From Chlorobiaceae bacterium (lineage in GTDB: Bacteria; Bacteroidota; Chlorobiia; Chlorobiales; Chlorobiaceae), in contig JBAXLG010000005.1 in the NCBI GenBank assembly GCA_037134935.1, positions 1 through 64,000 of the forward strand: DNA of 64,000 nucleotides, given 5' to 3'. Position 1 is the stretch's first letter, and every line of letters starts with the position of its first letter. Positions 1 to 10,695 of the stretch are shown one piece after another. Both the position numbers and the translations under genes were made by a program. The notes under the pieces were generated by a model that was not told the DNA's origin, made no database searches, and saw only the letters and a program-made list of their open reading frames with translations.

Positions 1-35
1 TTAAGCAAAAGGATTTTTACCAAGAAGAAGTGGTC

Positions 36-809
36 TTATAAACGGGGGCACGTCCTTGGAATGCCATAACTGACGGCTTGAGAAATGAGCCACCCAACAA
101 TCGCGATGCTCATTACACATTGAGGAAAAACAATTTCGCCATTTTCGATATCAAAAGATGGTTTCCATCCTGTTGAAAAGCGAATTCGAATGGAATCACC
201 CGTTTCCACCGTATGAATTAATAAGTGATCATAAATTGATTTTATCGATTGGAATTGTGACTTTCCTAAAGAGTCAAAACTTGAGTTATGAACAACACTA
301 TAAATAGTTGAAAAACATTGTAATATTGTTGCTAATGCTGAAACATCAAGAACTTTATAAGACAAATATAATTCAACTAATCCTCTTGGCCATTCTTGGC
401 GTAATTGCGTCATTAATCCATTAGCTATTTTATTAGCCGCCTCAATAATAGCTTCTTTCGATGAATCAGAATGAATACCATACAAGTGAGAAAGAGGGGT
501 TTCAGCAAGACTTATTTTATCTATGGCTAATGGGATTGTCGGAATTTCATTACGAGATCGAACTTCAAGAATCCGGCCAAGTTCCGTCAATGCTGTTGTT
601 GATTGCAAGTAACTTGGTGTGATAAGAAGAATAAATGCATCTGCGGATCGAAGACGACGAGATATTTCTTGTTGCCAATCCTGACCTATAGGTAAATTAT
701 CAGTACGCCAAAATACAAGAGATTTTCCACTCTCTACACCTATTCTTTGCTCAATTAACTGCGCAATTTTTGTATCCATTCGTGTGTGACTAATAAAAAT
801 TTTTATCAT
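36..809 (-). CDS. TIR-domain protein (N-terminal TIR, C-terminal ~115-aa domain of unknown function)
   Basis: The N-terminus IFISHTRMD...VFWRTDNLPIGQDWQQEI...AFILLITPSYLQS matches the bacterial TIR signature ([IV]F[IL]SH/Y...W). The gene is much more AT-rich than the neighbouring rimO. Confidence 0.6.
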   Translation of the reverse strand: MIKIFISHTRMDTKIAQLIEQRIGVESGKSLVFWRTDNLPIGQDWQQEISRRLRSADAFILLITPSYLQSTTALTELGRILEVRSRNEIPTIPLAIDKISLAETPLSHLYGIHSDSSKEAIIEAANKIANGLMTQLRQEWPRGLVELYLSYKVLDVSALATILQCFSTIYSVVHNSSFDSLGKSQFQSIKSIYDHLLIHTVETGDSIRIRFSTGWKPSFDIENGEIVFPQCVMSIAIVGWLISQAVSYGIPRTCPRL

Positions 810-1074
810 TTCCCTTATAATATTTAGTCAATAAAAGCTTTTATAAATTAAATGAATATACGTAATGCAAATACTCCTTACAATGTTTCGACCCGAAACT
901 GGGGATCCGAATTTGTACGGATACTTCTCCGCTTGAGATACCTTTTTCTTACTTTATTTGTTACCTGTTTTTTTTGACTATATTGTCATGTTGTTTATAG
1001 TATTATATTTTTTGTTTCGGTGATTGATTGGGGTTATGGTTTTTGTTGCATTTGAATATTATTGATGTTTGGTG

Positions 1075-2373
1075 TTATGGCAGCACGTTGTTGATCTGTC
1101 CGTACAGTTCATAGGCTGAGCTGCTGGTGATGTCAGCCATGCAGAATGAACCTGCCTTGAGGGATTCATTACCGAGAGCAACCATACAGTCGTTATCTAC
1201 CTCAGGAGCGTCGTATTCGGTTCTGCCGAATGCAGTATCGCCTTCTATGTAATCAATAAGCACTTTTATCTTTTTCCCTTCGAAAAACTGGTTTTTCCTT
1301 TCCGAAATGGTTTCCTGCAGTTCCATGAGTTCTGTAACCCGTTCATGTTTTTCTTCGGCAGTGAGGGTATCGGCAAGTTTGTAGGATGGGGCGTGTTCTT
1401 CGTGGCAGTAGGGAAAGCAGCCGAGCCGGTCGAAGCCGATTGTTTCAACAAATTGCAGCAGTTCTTCGAACTCTTGACGGGTTTCGCCCGGGTAGCCGGC
1501 GATCATGGTGGTTCGAAGCCTTATGTCGGGGTTTTTCCGGCGGATGGTATCAAGAAGCTGGATGGTTTCATGTTTGTTGATTCCCCGGTTCATGGATTGC
1601 AGGATGCGGTCGTTGCAATGCTGCAGGGGAATGTCGAGGTAGTTGCAGATGTTTTCCCTATCCCGCATGGTTGTAATCACTTCGAGCGGGAAGTTGACCG
1701 GGTAGGCGTAAAGGAGCCTTATCCAGTCGAATCCCATGTCCGAAAGGCGGAGCAGAAGGTCGTTGAGCATTGTTTTTCCAGCAAGATCATATCCATAGAG
1801 GCTTATATCCTGCGCAATCAGGTTCAGCTCCCGTACACCGGCTTTCTGCAGCAGTGCGGCTTCACGCAGTAACTGTTCGGGTGGCTGGCTGATATAGCGC
1901 CCCCTGATTTTCGGGATGGAACAGAACGAGCAGGCGCGGTTGCACCCTTCGGCAATTTTGAGGTAGGCGTAATGGGGTGGAGTGAGCAGCGAGCGTTGAT
2001 CATAAAGTTCTTCGCGATATGATGCTCCAAGTGCCGCAAGCACGGCAGGCAGTTCGTGAGTGCCGAAAAATCCGTCCACTTCGGGCATCTCTTCTTGGAG
2101 TTCGTGCCGGTAGAGTTCACTGAGGCAGCCCATCATGTACACGCGCTGAATGCCGCCGTCTGCTTTTTTATCAATGGCCGCAAGCGTTTCGGTAATGGAT
2201 TCCTCTTTTGCATCTTCGATGAAGGCGCAGGTGTTGATGAGAATAGTTTGGGCTTCATCGGCTGTTTCGGTAAAGATGATGCCGGAAGCTTCTGCCTGCG
2301 CCATAAGGCGTTCGGAGTCAACGGTGTTTTTGGAGCAGCCGAGGCTCAAAAGAAATACGTTATGCCTGGTCAT
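1075..2373 (-). CDS. rimO: Ribosomal protein S12 methylthiotransferase RimO (MiaB-family radical SAM)
   Basis: An MTTase N-domain is followed by a radical SAM motif (KIAEGCNRACSFCSIP) and a C-terminal TRAM region. The start is set at the internal Met (MTRHNVFLLSLGCSKN), with ATG at 2371-2373 on the minus strand. The ORF-track N-extension is probably not translated. Confidence 0.75.
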   Translation of the reverse strand: MTRHNVFLLSLGCSKNTVDSERLMAQAEASGIIFTETADEAQTILINTCAFIEDAKEESITETLAAIDKKADGGIQRVYMMGCLSELYRHELQEEMPEVDGFFGTHELPAVLAALGASYREELYDQRSLLTPPHYAYLKIAEGCNRACSFCSIPKIRGRYISQPPEQLLREAALLQKAGVRELNLIAQDISLYGYDLAGKTMLNDLLLRLSDMGFDWIRLLYAYPVNFPLEVITTMRDRENICNYLDIPLQHCNDRILQSMNRGINKHETIQLLDTIRRKNPDIRLRTTMIAGYPGETRQEFEELLQFVETIGFDRLGCFPYCHEEHAPSYKLADTLTAEEKHERVTELMELQETISERKNQFFEGKKIKVLIDYIEGDTAFGRTEYDAPEVDNDCMVALGNESLKAGSFCMADITSSSAYELYGQINNVLP

Positions 2374-3493
2374 GGTGATTGAATCTCTGGAGAAAATCTT
2401 GTTTCCATTCGGTGAATGAGCCGCGCTGTATTTGTGTTCGAGCTGTTGCGGTGAGCCACATGAAAAAGGATATGTTCTGCATGGTGCAGAGCTTGAGGCC
2501 GAGAATTTCACCAACGTTCAGCAGGTGGCGGATGTAGGCGCGCGAGTAGTTCCGGCAGACGCTGTTATCGAATTCTTCATCAATTGATGTAAAGTCAGCC
2601 GCATATATGGCCGAGCGCAGATTGAGTTTTCCATGGCGGGTATAGACCCTGCCGTTACGGCCTTCCCTTGTTGGGATGACGCAGTCAAACAGGTCAATGC
2701 CGCGTTCGATAGCGTTAAGGATGTTTTCGGGTGTGCCGACGCCCATCAGGTAGCGTGGTTTGTTTTCGGGCAGCAATGTGTGCGAAAGTTCAAGGATCCG
2801 GTACATCTCTTCGGCAGGTTCGCCCACCGCCATGCCTCCTATTGCGTAGCCGTCAAAATCAAGATCGACAAGGGATCTTGTTGATATGGTTCGAAGATCG
2901 TCATGAGTTCCTCCCTGCGTAATGCCGAAAAGAGACTGTTTGTGACTGTAGAGCGGAGAGGTTGAGGTGAACTGCTCTTTTGCCCGTTCAGCCCAGCGGA
3001 GGGTCAGTTCTCCGGATTTGCGGATATACTCTTTGTCGGCGGTTGAGGGAGGGCATTCATCAAGAGGCATCATGATGTCGCTGCCGATAACCCGCTGCGT
3101 GTCCACCACGTTTTCGGGCGTGAACTGCTGCATGGAACCATCAAGGTGCGATTTGAATAGAACCCCCTTCTCGCTGATTTTACGCAGCTCGGAGAGCGAA
3201 TAAACCTGATAGCCTCCGCTGTCGGTCAATAGCGGTCCCTGCCAGTTCATGAACCGGTGAATGCCGCCTGCTTTCAAAAGAATTTCATTGCCTGGCCTCA
3301 GATAGAGATGGTAGGTATTGGCAAGTATCATGTATACGTTGAGCTCTTTGAGCTCGTGCGGCTCAATTGATTTAACGCTTGCTCTAGTACCTACAGGCAT
3401 AAAGAGAGGTGTGGGGAAAACTCCGTGATCGGTTCTCAGTATGCCGCATCGTCCGGCACTTCCGGTATCTTTTTGGGTAAGGGTGAATTTCAT
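2360..3493 (-). CDS. tgt: Queuine tRNA-ribosyltransferase (tRNA-guanine transglycosylase)
   Basis: MKFTLTQKDTGSAGRCGILRTDHGVFPTPLFMPVGT is followed by GG(Y/T) and Zn-binding C-terminal motifs typical of Tgt. The start is chosen at Met47 of the track ORF by homology to Tgt N-termini. Confidence 0.85.
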   Translation of the reverse strand: MKFTLTQKDTGSAGRCGILRTDHGVFPTPLFMPVGTRASVKSIEPHELKELNVYMILANTYHLYLRPGNEILLKAGGIHRFMNWQGPLLTDSGGYQVYSLSELRKISEKGVLFKSHLDGSMQQFTPENVVDTQRVIGSDIMMPLDECPPSTADKEYIRKSGELTLRWAERAKEQFTSTSPLYSHKQSLFGITQGGTHDDLRTISTRSLVDLDFDGYAIGGMAVGEPAEEMYRILELSHTLLPENKPRYLMGVGTPENILNAIERGIDLFDCVIPTREGRNGRVYTRHGKLNLRSAIYAADFTSIDEEFDNSVCRNYSRAYIRHLLNVGEILGLKLCTMQNISFFMWLTATARTQIQRGSFTEWKQDFLQRFNHHDQA

Positions 3494-3656
3494 GAATATT
3501 GAAAACGTATCAAAGCGTTTGCAGAGTCCGGCAAAACTATCCTGCCGCAACATTGAGGTTTCCGGATTCTGCTTCAGTGAAGGTAGCCAATGCCCGCCAC
3601 AAAACAAAAAAGCAGGGTATTGGTGCGGCAAGGCTGGCTAACGAGTTTCAGTTCGC

Positions 3657-4697
3657 TTATTCCTTGATCAGCTCCATGAGACGGGGATAAACAATATCTG
3701 TTCGCTGACCAGATTTGGCAGGATCAATCATGTCGTGGCGCAGTTTTAATGCGGCAGGGAATTCATAGGTAGTCAGTTTCGCGTGGTACGATTGCCAGAT
3801 GGTTGCCATTTCCTTTTCCAGTTCGTGATTGATTGTGGTGTCGTTAGCGTTGAAAATGAACACCATTTTTTTTGCAGCTGGCGGCTTTTTACTGGCGTCT
3901 GTCCTGACTGCAAACCCGAGGCGGAGGATTTCTACCAGTGCATGACGGGAGTAGCGGGGATAGGAATATGCCGGCGGCTCTTTTTCTTTCAGATCCGGAT
4001 TCCACCACTCAAATATATCGGGCAAAAAACCATAGATATTCATTGCTGCGGCCGTTAAAAACGTTGGAATTTTATTAAAGCCGAATGCCGGGGAAATAAT
4101 GACCGCCAGATCAATATCGCTTCGGTTTTGTGCCGCCCAGGCGGTCATTACTCCGCCGGTGGAAATCCCCATCATCACAACTTGCTTGCCAAGCCCCCGG
4201 GCAATATTGACAGTCCGGTCGGTATAAGCTGCAAGCTCTTCTGCCGTCAGTTTGGCATGTTCTTGCGTCATACGGTCAGCCAGGCCGTGATGCGGAAGGG
4301 GAGCAATCAGCACGTTATAGCCAGCATCATACAGTTGCAGCCCTAACTGGTGAAATTGCTGTGGGGAGCTTGTATAACCATGTACCAGAATAATTGCGCG
4401 CTCCGTTTTTTTTTGATGCGTCATCAATTGAAGCCTGCTTACCGGATTCATGTTCTGCCCTTCATCTGCCCGAAGAGCGGCAACACGTTGCAAAGCATCC
4501 TTATAACTTTGCGCTGATAGAGCATGAGTGTGCAACGTCGGGATGTTCTGCGGCGTCAGTATGAAAAAAGTGATTGAAATAACTGCTCCAGTAATCAGCG
4601 TTACTATCAACCCTCGCACCCAGCCATTCATGAGATTTTTTACCATATAAAACCGCTTTTTGGGCATGAGTTGATTGTGCTTTGTGATTGATATCAT
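3657..4697 (-). CDS. Membrane-anchored alpha/beta-fold hydrolase
   Basis: An N-terminal TM segment (GLIVTLITGAVISITFFIL) is followed by an HG oxyanion motif (ILVHGYTSS) and a GxSxG nucleophile elbow (MMGISTGG). The start is ambiguous (4697 or 4670). Confidence 0.6.
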   Translation of the reverse strand: MISITKHNQLMPKKRFYMVKNLMNGWVRGLIVTLITGAVISITFFILTPQNIPTLHTHALSAQSYKDALQRVAALRADEGQNMNPVSRLQLMTHQKKTERAIILVHGYTSSPQQFHQLGLQLYDAGYNVLIAPLPHHGLADRMTQEHAKLTAEELAAYTDRTVNIARGLGKQVVMMGISTGGVMTAWAAQNRSDIDLAVIISPAFGFNKIPTFLTAAAMNIYGFLPDIFEWWNPDLKEKEPPAYSYPRYSRHALVEILRLGFAVRTDASKKPPAAKKMVFIFNANDTTINHELEKEMATIWQSYHAKLTTYEFPAALKLRHDMIDPAKSGQRTDIVYPRLMELIKE

Positions 4698-5174
4698 GGA
4701 TTGTTTAACGCCATCCGCAATGCGTGCAATAAGATAGAGAGAGTACCTCTGAAAAACCGCGCCAGTCAAGGCCCGCTGGGGCAAAAACCGGAGGATCGGT
4801 ATTTCCAGGTACAACGAGCATGTTCTTACTGTGTTCAACCTCTGTATGTTATAGCATAATCGTGAGTTATGCAAGTACCGGGGCATAATTATGGTGAATA
4901 TTCCTTGTATTTGCTTGTACTGTATGACGATAACCCTGTTTTTTATGATGTTGGGATGCGTCAAAAAATATCATCCGGTTTTACCATTCTATCCTGTACG
5001 GTTCATAGAGGGTTCTTGTTCCTGCAAGCGCCTGGCTGAGTTTTTTACATCTTAATGTTAAAGAGAAATTTTCTCAGGAGATTATTGATTATTATTACTT
5101 TTGATGTAAGGGTTTTCCGTTTTTTTTGTTTCTGATTGGCGTGGTGCCGCAATCGTTTTAATAGAGCTACAGCA

Positions 5175-6182
5175 ATGCATATACTGGTTACCGGTGCTGC
5201 CGGTTTTATAGGTTTTCATGTTTGCCGTCAACTGCTTGAACGGGGTGAGCAGGTAACCGGCGTTGATAATATGAATGACTATTATGATGTTTCGCTTAAG
5301 GAGGCTCGCCTTTCGATGCTGTTGCCTTACAACGGCTTCAGGTTTATCAAGGCTGATATTGCTGACCGGAGCGCAATGGAAGCTCTTTTCCGCAGTGGCG
5401 GGTTTGAGCGGGTGGTTAACCTTGCTGCGCAGGCCGGGGTGAGGTATTCGTTGATTAATCCCCATGCATATATTGAGAGTAATATTGTTGGGTTCATGAA
5501 TATTCTTGAGGGGTGCCGCCATAGCGGGGTGGAGCATCTGGTTTATGCTTCGTCAAGTTCGGTTTACGGGGCAAATGAGCGTATGCCGTTTTCGGTGCAC
5601 GATAATGTTGATCATCCGCTTTCTCTCTATGCGGCCAGTAAAAAGGCTAATGAGTTGATGGCGCATACTTACAGCCACCTCTACAAGTTGCCGACAACCG
5701 GTCTCCGCTTTTTTACTGTTTACGGTCCGTGGGGGAGGCCTGATATGGCGCTTTTTCTTTTTACTGATGCTCTTGTGCACAACAAGCCTATCAAGGTGTT
5801 CAATTATGGAAGGCATCGCCGAGATTTTACCTTTGTTGATGATATTACGGAGGGGATTCTGAGGACGCTGGATCATGTTGCCGAGCCAAATGGTGACTGG
5901 TCGGGCCTAAAGCCCGATCCGGGTTCAAGCATAGCTCCCTGGAGGGTGTACAATATCGGCAACAGTCGTCCGGTTGAGTTGATGGAGTACATTGAGGCGC
6001 TTGAGAGTCAGTTGGGCCGGGTTGCTGAAAAGGAGTTTTTGCCGATGCAGCCGGGTGATGTGCCGGATACCTATGCCGATGTGGAGCAGTTGATGCAGGA
6101 TGTGCATTACAAGCCGGCCACTACGGTTGAAGAGGGTATTGCTCGGTTTGTTGCATGGTATCGTGATTATTATATGTGCTGA
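5175..6182 (+). CDS. NAD-dependent nucleotide-sugar epimerase (UDP-glucuronate 4-epimerase-like, extended SDR)
   Basis: It has a Rossmann motif VTGAAGFIG and a YxxxK motif (YAASKKANE). The best match is the Cap1J/LpsL/WbpP-type epimerase family. Confidence 0.8.
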   Translation: MHILVTGAAGFIGFHVCRQLLERGEQVTGVDNMNDYYDVSLKEARLSMLLPYNGFRFIKADIADRSAMEALFRSGGFERVVNLAAQAGVRYSLINPHAYIESNIVGFMNILEGCRHSGVEHLVYASSSSVYGANERMPFSVHDNVDHPLSLYAASKKANELMAHTYSHLYKLPTTGLRFFTVYGPWGRPDMALFLFTDALVHNKPIKVFNYGRHRRDFTFVDDITEGILRTLDHVAEPNGDWSGLKPDPGSSIAPWRVYNIGNSRPVELMEYIEALESQLGRVAEKEFLPMQPGDVPDTYADVEQLMQDVHYKPATTVEEGIARFVAWYRDYYMC

Positions 6183-6229
6183 GTGTTCAGGTTTCTGGTT
6201 ATGAAAACCTGAACACTCAGCACCTGCAT

Positions 6230-7753
6230 TTATTCGGCTTTCATGTGCGGGAAGAAGATGACGTCCCTGATGGAATCCTGACCTGTAAGAAGCATGACCA
6301 TGCGGTCAACCCCTATTCCAAGGCCTGCGCATGGCGGCATTCCGTATTCGAGGGCGCGCAGGAAGTCTTCATCGACAATCATGGCTTCTTCATCGCCCCG
6401 CAGTCTTAATGTTGCCTGGGATTCAAGCCGTTCGCGCTGAATGACCGGATCGTTCAGTTCTGAAAATGAGTTGCAGACCTCTTTGCCGCCGGCAATCAGT
6501 TCGAAGCGTTCAACAATACCCGATTGTGAACGGTGTCCCTTGGCAAGGGGCGACATTTCGGTAGGGTAGTCGGTAATAAATGTTGGCTGAATAAGTTGTG
6601 GCTCAACAAATTCACCGAATATTTCGTCGATAATTTTTCCGCTGCTGATTTTCGGATCGAGTTCAAGTCCGAGGTCTTTGGCGATCAGGCGTAGCTCGGT
6701 TTCGGATTTTCCCCTGATATCCTTGCCGCAGAACTCTTCAATTGCCTGGGTAATGCTCAGCCGCCTGAATGGTGGTTTCAGACTGATGTTGTTGCCGAGA
6801 AAGAGCGTGGCGTCGCTGTTGTTGACTTCGAGTGCTGTTTGGTAAAAAAGCTCTTCTACAAGTTCCATCATCCAGTTGTAATCTTTGTAGGCGACATAGA
6901 GTTCTACCTGGGTGAACTCCGGGTTATGGAAACGGTCGATTCCTTCATTGCGGAAATCTTTGGCAAATTCAAAAACCCCATCAAATCCGCCGACAATAAG
7001 CCGTTTGAGGTAGAGTTCGTTGGCAATGCGCAGGTAGAGTTCCATGTTGAGCGCATTGTGGTGTGTGGTGAAGGGGCGTGCAGCAGCTCCACCGTATATG
7101 GGTTGAAGAATGGGTGTTTCAACTTCAAGCCACCCTTTTCCGGAAAAAAAACGTCGCATGAACGAGACGATGGCACTCCTTTTGATGAAGGTCTGGCGAA
7201 CTTCGGGATTGACAATCAGATCGACATAACGCTGGCGGTAGCGAAGCTCGCGGTCGTTGAAGGCGTCGTAAATCACTTTTTGGCCATCAACCTCTTTTTC
7301 CTTGGCAATGGGTATTGGCCGCAGTGATTTGCTGAGCAGTTCGAATGTTTCGGCATGGACTGAGATTTCGCCGGTTCTGGTTTTGAAGCTGTATCCTTTG
7401 ACTCCAACAATATCGCCGATATCGAGCAGTTTGAAGGTTTTGTACGCTGTGTCGCCTACGTCGTCTTTTTTGAGGTAGATCTGGATTTTTCCTTTGGAAT
7501 CCTGAAGATGAAAGAACGATGCTTTGCCCATCTTTCTGATGGTCATGATTCTGCCGGCAACAGCTACGGGTTCTTTGGCTTCATCCTTGAAGCTGGCAAT
7601 GATTTCATCGGAATAGCTGCTGACGTCGAAATGGCAGGGGTAGGGGTTGATGCCTGAGTCAAGAAGGTGCTGCCGTTCTTCGAAACGGCGCTTCATCTGG
7701 TCGTTCAGGGAGAGCTGCGGTGCTGGTTGCTGCTGGTCGTGTTCTTTGCTCAT
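6230..7753 (-). CDS. lysS: Lysyl-tRNA synthetase, class II
   Basis: An OB-fold anticodon-binding N-domain is followed by class II motifs ([21 protein letters not shown]; [13 protein letters not shown]). Confidence 0.9.
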   Translation of the reverse strand: MSKEHDQQQPAPQLSLNDQMKRRFEERQHLLDSGINPYPCHFDVSSYSDEIIASFKDEAKEPVAVAGRIMTIRKMGKASFFHLQDSKGKIQIYLKKDDVGDTAYKTFKLLDIGDIVGVKGYSFKTRTGEISVHAETFELLSKSLRPIPIAKEKEVDGQKVIYDAFNDRELRYRQRYVDLIVNPEVRQTFIKRSAIVSFMRRFFSGKGWLEVETPILQPIYGGAAARPFTTHHNALNMELYLRIANELYLKRLIVGGFDGVFEFAKDFRNEGIDRFHNPEFTQVELYVAYKDYNWMMELVEELFYQTALEVNNSDATLFLGNNISLKPPFRRLSITQAIEEFCGKDIRGKSETELRLIAKDLGLELDPKISSGKIIDEIFGEFVEPQLIQPTFITDYPTEMSPLAKGHRSQSGIVERFELIAGGKEVCNSFSELNDPVIQRERLESQATLRLRGDEEAMIVDEDFLRALEYGMPPCAGLGIGVDRMVMLLTGQDSIRDVIFFPHMKAE

Positions 7754-7819
7754 GGGTTGATTATACCTTGAAATTCAGTGGGTAAAAAAGTGTGGTTTGC
7801 CCGTAATTGCTTGATTTTT

Positions 7820-8767
7820 TCAGGAATCAGCACGGGTTTTAAGCCAGACATGGGGAATGGTGCTGATTTTTTGGTAGAAAGAGCGATAGGCTCGTTTTGA
7901 AAATACATCGTAGTCGTTTTCCTCTATCGCATGTAGAATATTGCAGTAGTTCGTGCTGCTGATGCCGACTGCAAAGCGGCTTTGTTTTTCGAGCATGCAG
8001 ATTCCTTTATCAGAAGAGCGGTAGTAGCTGCGTGCCCTTTCGATCTGGAACTTCATGAGATTTTTGAAGTTATCGTTTATTCTCTTTTGCATGAACTCTT
8101 CGCTTGAATAGTTGAAGCGGCGGAGATCTTCAAGCGGCAGATAGATTCTTCCCCGGTCAATATCTTCACCAATGTCGCGCAGTATGTTGGTGAGCTGCAT
8201 GGCAATGCCCAGTTCTATGGCATGTTGTAGTGCCTGCTTGTCGGTGTAGCCGAAAATCTCGGAGGTCATCAGCCCCACCACCGAGGCAACCTTGTAACAG
8301 TAAACGTAGAGTTTGTCGAAGGTTTCGAAGGGTTTGAACTCAATATCCATGGCCACGCCGTCCATAAGATCCAGCGGGTATTCCATAGGGATTGTATAGC
8401 TTTTAAGAGTATCCTGCCAGGCCATCATGATAGGTTTCATGGCAGGGTCGTTTTCCTGTTTTCCGGCGTAACATGCTTTGAGTCTTGATTTCCAGCTTTC
8501 AAGCAGTTGCTGAATCTCTTCTCTGGTAATCTGGCCGTGAGCCAGTTTGTCTTCCGCCAGGTCAACAAGGTCATCAACAGTCCGCAGTAGGGCATAGATG
8601 GCAAAAATGGGGTTCTGCTGTTTTTTGGGCAGAAACATGCTTGCAAGGTAGAATGTTTTTGCATGATGTTTAGCCATTTGTCGGCAGTATTGATAAGCAT
8701 TTTCAAGTGTTATCTTTTTTTCGATATCCTTGACTGCAGTCTTTTTTCCGTTATAGCTGTAGTTCAT
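7820..8767 (-). CDS. crtB: Phytoene synthase (squalene/phytoene synthase family)
   Basis: Trans-isoprenyl diphosphate synthase head-to-head motifs are present (FYLASMFLP...LRTVDDLVD; ...NILRDIGEDIDRGRIYLP). Confidence 0.8.
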   Translation of the reverse strand: MNYSYNGKKTAVKDIEKKITLENAYQYCRQMAKHHAKTFYLASMFLPKKQQNPIFAIYALLRTVDDLVDLAEDKLAHGQITREEIQQLLESWKSRLKACYAGKQENDPAMKPIMMAWQDTLKSYTIPMEYPLDLMDGVAMDIEFKPFETFDKLYVYCYKVASVVGLMTSEIFGYTDKQALQHAIELGIAMQLTNILRDIGEDIDRGRIYLPLEDLRRFNYSSEEFMQKRINDNFKNLMKFQIERARSYYRSSDKGICMLEKQSRFAVGISSTNYCNILHAIEENDYDVFSKRAYRSFYQKISTIPHVWLKTRADS

Positions 8768-8972
8768 CTGGCCTGCGCGCTTATATTAAGCCTGTTCCTG
8801 TCATCACAGTGGTATTCCCTTGTTGCGGTGTGCTGTGAAAAAATGTGTAACTTTTTAATGCTCAAATTCGTTATTTAAAAGAATTGCCAAGATAAAACAA
8901 TGGTTGTAATATATCAACACGCCAAGTTGCACATGGTTATTATTAAAATACTTACGTAATTTTATTATTCTG

Positions 8973-10277
8973 TTGAATACTGTTGTTTCTGATAATAAAA
9001 GGGAAAAGGCTATTCTTGTTGGTCTGTGTTGCCCTCCTGAGGTACCCCGATCTCTTGTTGAGGAGTATCTGACTGAGCTTGCTTTTCTTGCTGATACTGC
9101 CGGTGCGGATGTGATTGCTTCGTACATACAGGAGAAAAAACTGCGAGACCCCGCCTATTGCATTGGGAAAGGGAAGGTTGATGAACTGGTTCCGTTTATC
9201 CAGAAGGAGGAGGTCGATATCGTAATTTTTGATGACGATCTTACACCCGGGCAGGCGAGGAACCTTGAAAAGGCATTTGAGTGCAAGGTGATTGACCGTA
9301 CAGGCCTGATTCTGCAGATTTTTGCCATCAGGGCGCAATCCGCTCAAGCAAAAATGCAGGTTGAGCTTGCCCAGCTTGAGTATATGCTTCCTCGGCTTTC
9401 CGGGCAGTGGACCCATTTGTCGAAACAGAAGGGGGGAATCGGTACCAAAGGACCTGGTGAAACCCAGATTGAGACTGACCGTCGTCTTGTTCGTAACAGG
9501 ATTGCCTTGTTGAAAAAAAAGCTTTTTGATGTTTCGCGCCAGCATGATACCCAGACCAGTAGTCGTAAAATGGTGCCGAGGGTTGCGCTTGTGGGGTACA
9601 CCAATGCGGGTAAGTCGACCCTGATGAACAGCCTTTGCCCGGAGGCGCAGGCTTTTGCCGAGAACAGGCTTTTTGCTACGCTCGACACCAAAACCCGCCG
9701 GCTGGAGCTGAGTATTAACAAGCTTGTTCTTTTGTCGGACACGGTTGGTTTTATCCGCAAGTTGCCTCACCATCTGGTCGAGAGTTTCAAATCAACGCTG
9801 GCTGAGGTGTTGCAGGCTGATTTTATGCTTCATGTGATTGATATCAGCCACCCGGGTTTTGAGGATCAGATGCTGGTGGTGCGGGAGACTCTTAAGGAGA
9901 TTGGTGTTGAGCACGAAAACTTTATTGAGGTGTTTAACAAAATTGATGCTCTTGAAGATCAATCGACATTGAGGGCTATCAGTGCAAAGTATCCTGAAGC
10001 GGTGTTTATTTCTGCTGCTCGGGGAATCAATATTTCCGTTTTGAAGGAGATTATTGGCCGGCATGTTGCCCGCGATTACAAAGAGAGGAAAATTCTTACA
10101 CATGTGTCAAACTACAAGCTGATTGGTTATCTTTATGAAAATACAGAAGTTATTCATAAGCGTCATCTGGATGAGGATGTTGAGCTGACATTCAGGGTGC
10201 ATAAAAACCAGATCAAGCATATTGATGCGATAGTTAACGCTTCACAGCCACTCCAGTATGACGTTGCAGATTTATAA
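8973..10277 (+). CDS. hflX: GTPase HflX
   Basis: An HflX N-domain is followed by a GTP-binding domain (GYTNAGKSTLMNSL, DTVGF). The apparent TTG start has no in-frame ATG before the conserved N-terminus. Confidence 0.85.
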   Translation: MNTVVSDNKREKAILVGLCCPPEVPRSLVEEYLTELAFLADTAGADVIASYIQEKKLRDPAYCIGKGKVDELVPFIQKEEVDIVIFDDDLTPGQARNLEKAFECKVIDRTGLILQIFAIRAQSAQAKMQVELAQLEYMLPRLSGQWTHLSKQKGGIGTKGPGETQIETDRRLVRNRIALLKKKLFDVSRQHDTQTSSRKMVPRVALVGYTNAGKSTLMNSLCPEAQAFAENRLFATLDTKTRRLELSINKLVLLSDTVGFIRKLPHHLVESFKSTLAEVLQADFMLHVIDISHPGFEDQMLVVRETLKEIGVEHENFIEVFNKIDALEDQSTLRAISAKYPEAVFISAARGINISVLKEIIGRHVARDYKERKILTHVSNYKLIGYLYENTEVIHKRHLDEDVELTFRVHKNQIKHIDAIVNASQPLQYDVADL

Positions 10278-10695
10278 TACTACCAGACGGCAAATTCCTG
10301 AGCGGCTTCTCAGCGAGGCGGTTCTTCTGGTTCTGGAGAGTGAGCATTTTGTTGATGAGTCGATTGTGGGTGTCTATTGCGGCAATAAAATGATACAGCG
10401 TATCAACCGCGAGTTTCTTCAGCATGATTATCCTACTGACACCATAACTTTTCGCTACAACAAGGGGCGGGAGGTTGATGGTGAGTTTTATGTTTCGCTT
10501 GATGTTGTTCAGGACAATGCTGTGAGGTTTATGGTCGATTTCCAACAGGAACTTATGCGGGTTACCTTCCATTCTGTTCTTCACCTTATCGGGTATGGTG
10601 ATCACACACCGTATGAGAGGGCTTTAATGCAGGAAAAAGAAGCTTTTTATCTTGGTCGCTTCGATGTTGCGCCATCCAAAAATTTTGAGCAATGA
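10258..10695 (+). CDS. ybeY: rRNA maturation endoribonuclease YbeY
   Basis: It carries the zinc motif HSVLHLIGYGDH (H-x3-H-x5-H). It overlaps the 3' end of hflX, as in typical operons. Confidence 0.85.
   Translation: MTLQIYNTTRRQIPERLLSEAVLLVLESEHFVDESIVGVYCGNKMIQRINREFLQHDYPTDTITFRYNKGREVDGEFYVSLDVVQDNAVRFMVDFQQELMRVTFHSVLHLIGYGDHTPYERALMQEKEAFYLGRFDVAPSKNFEQ

Noticed and set aside
1345-1872. 175-aa plus-strand ORF (and several 60-110-aa ORFs) inside rimO/tgt
   Set aside because: It is fully embedded antisense to strongly supported rimO and tgt genes, with no motifs. It is a shadow ORF.
8952-9773. 273-aa minus-strand ORF overlapping hflX
   Set aside because: It is antisense to conserved HflX coding sequence. 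The composition is Arg/Lys/Leu-rich, typical of a reverse-frame artefact.
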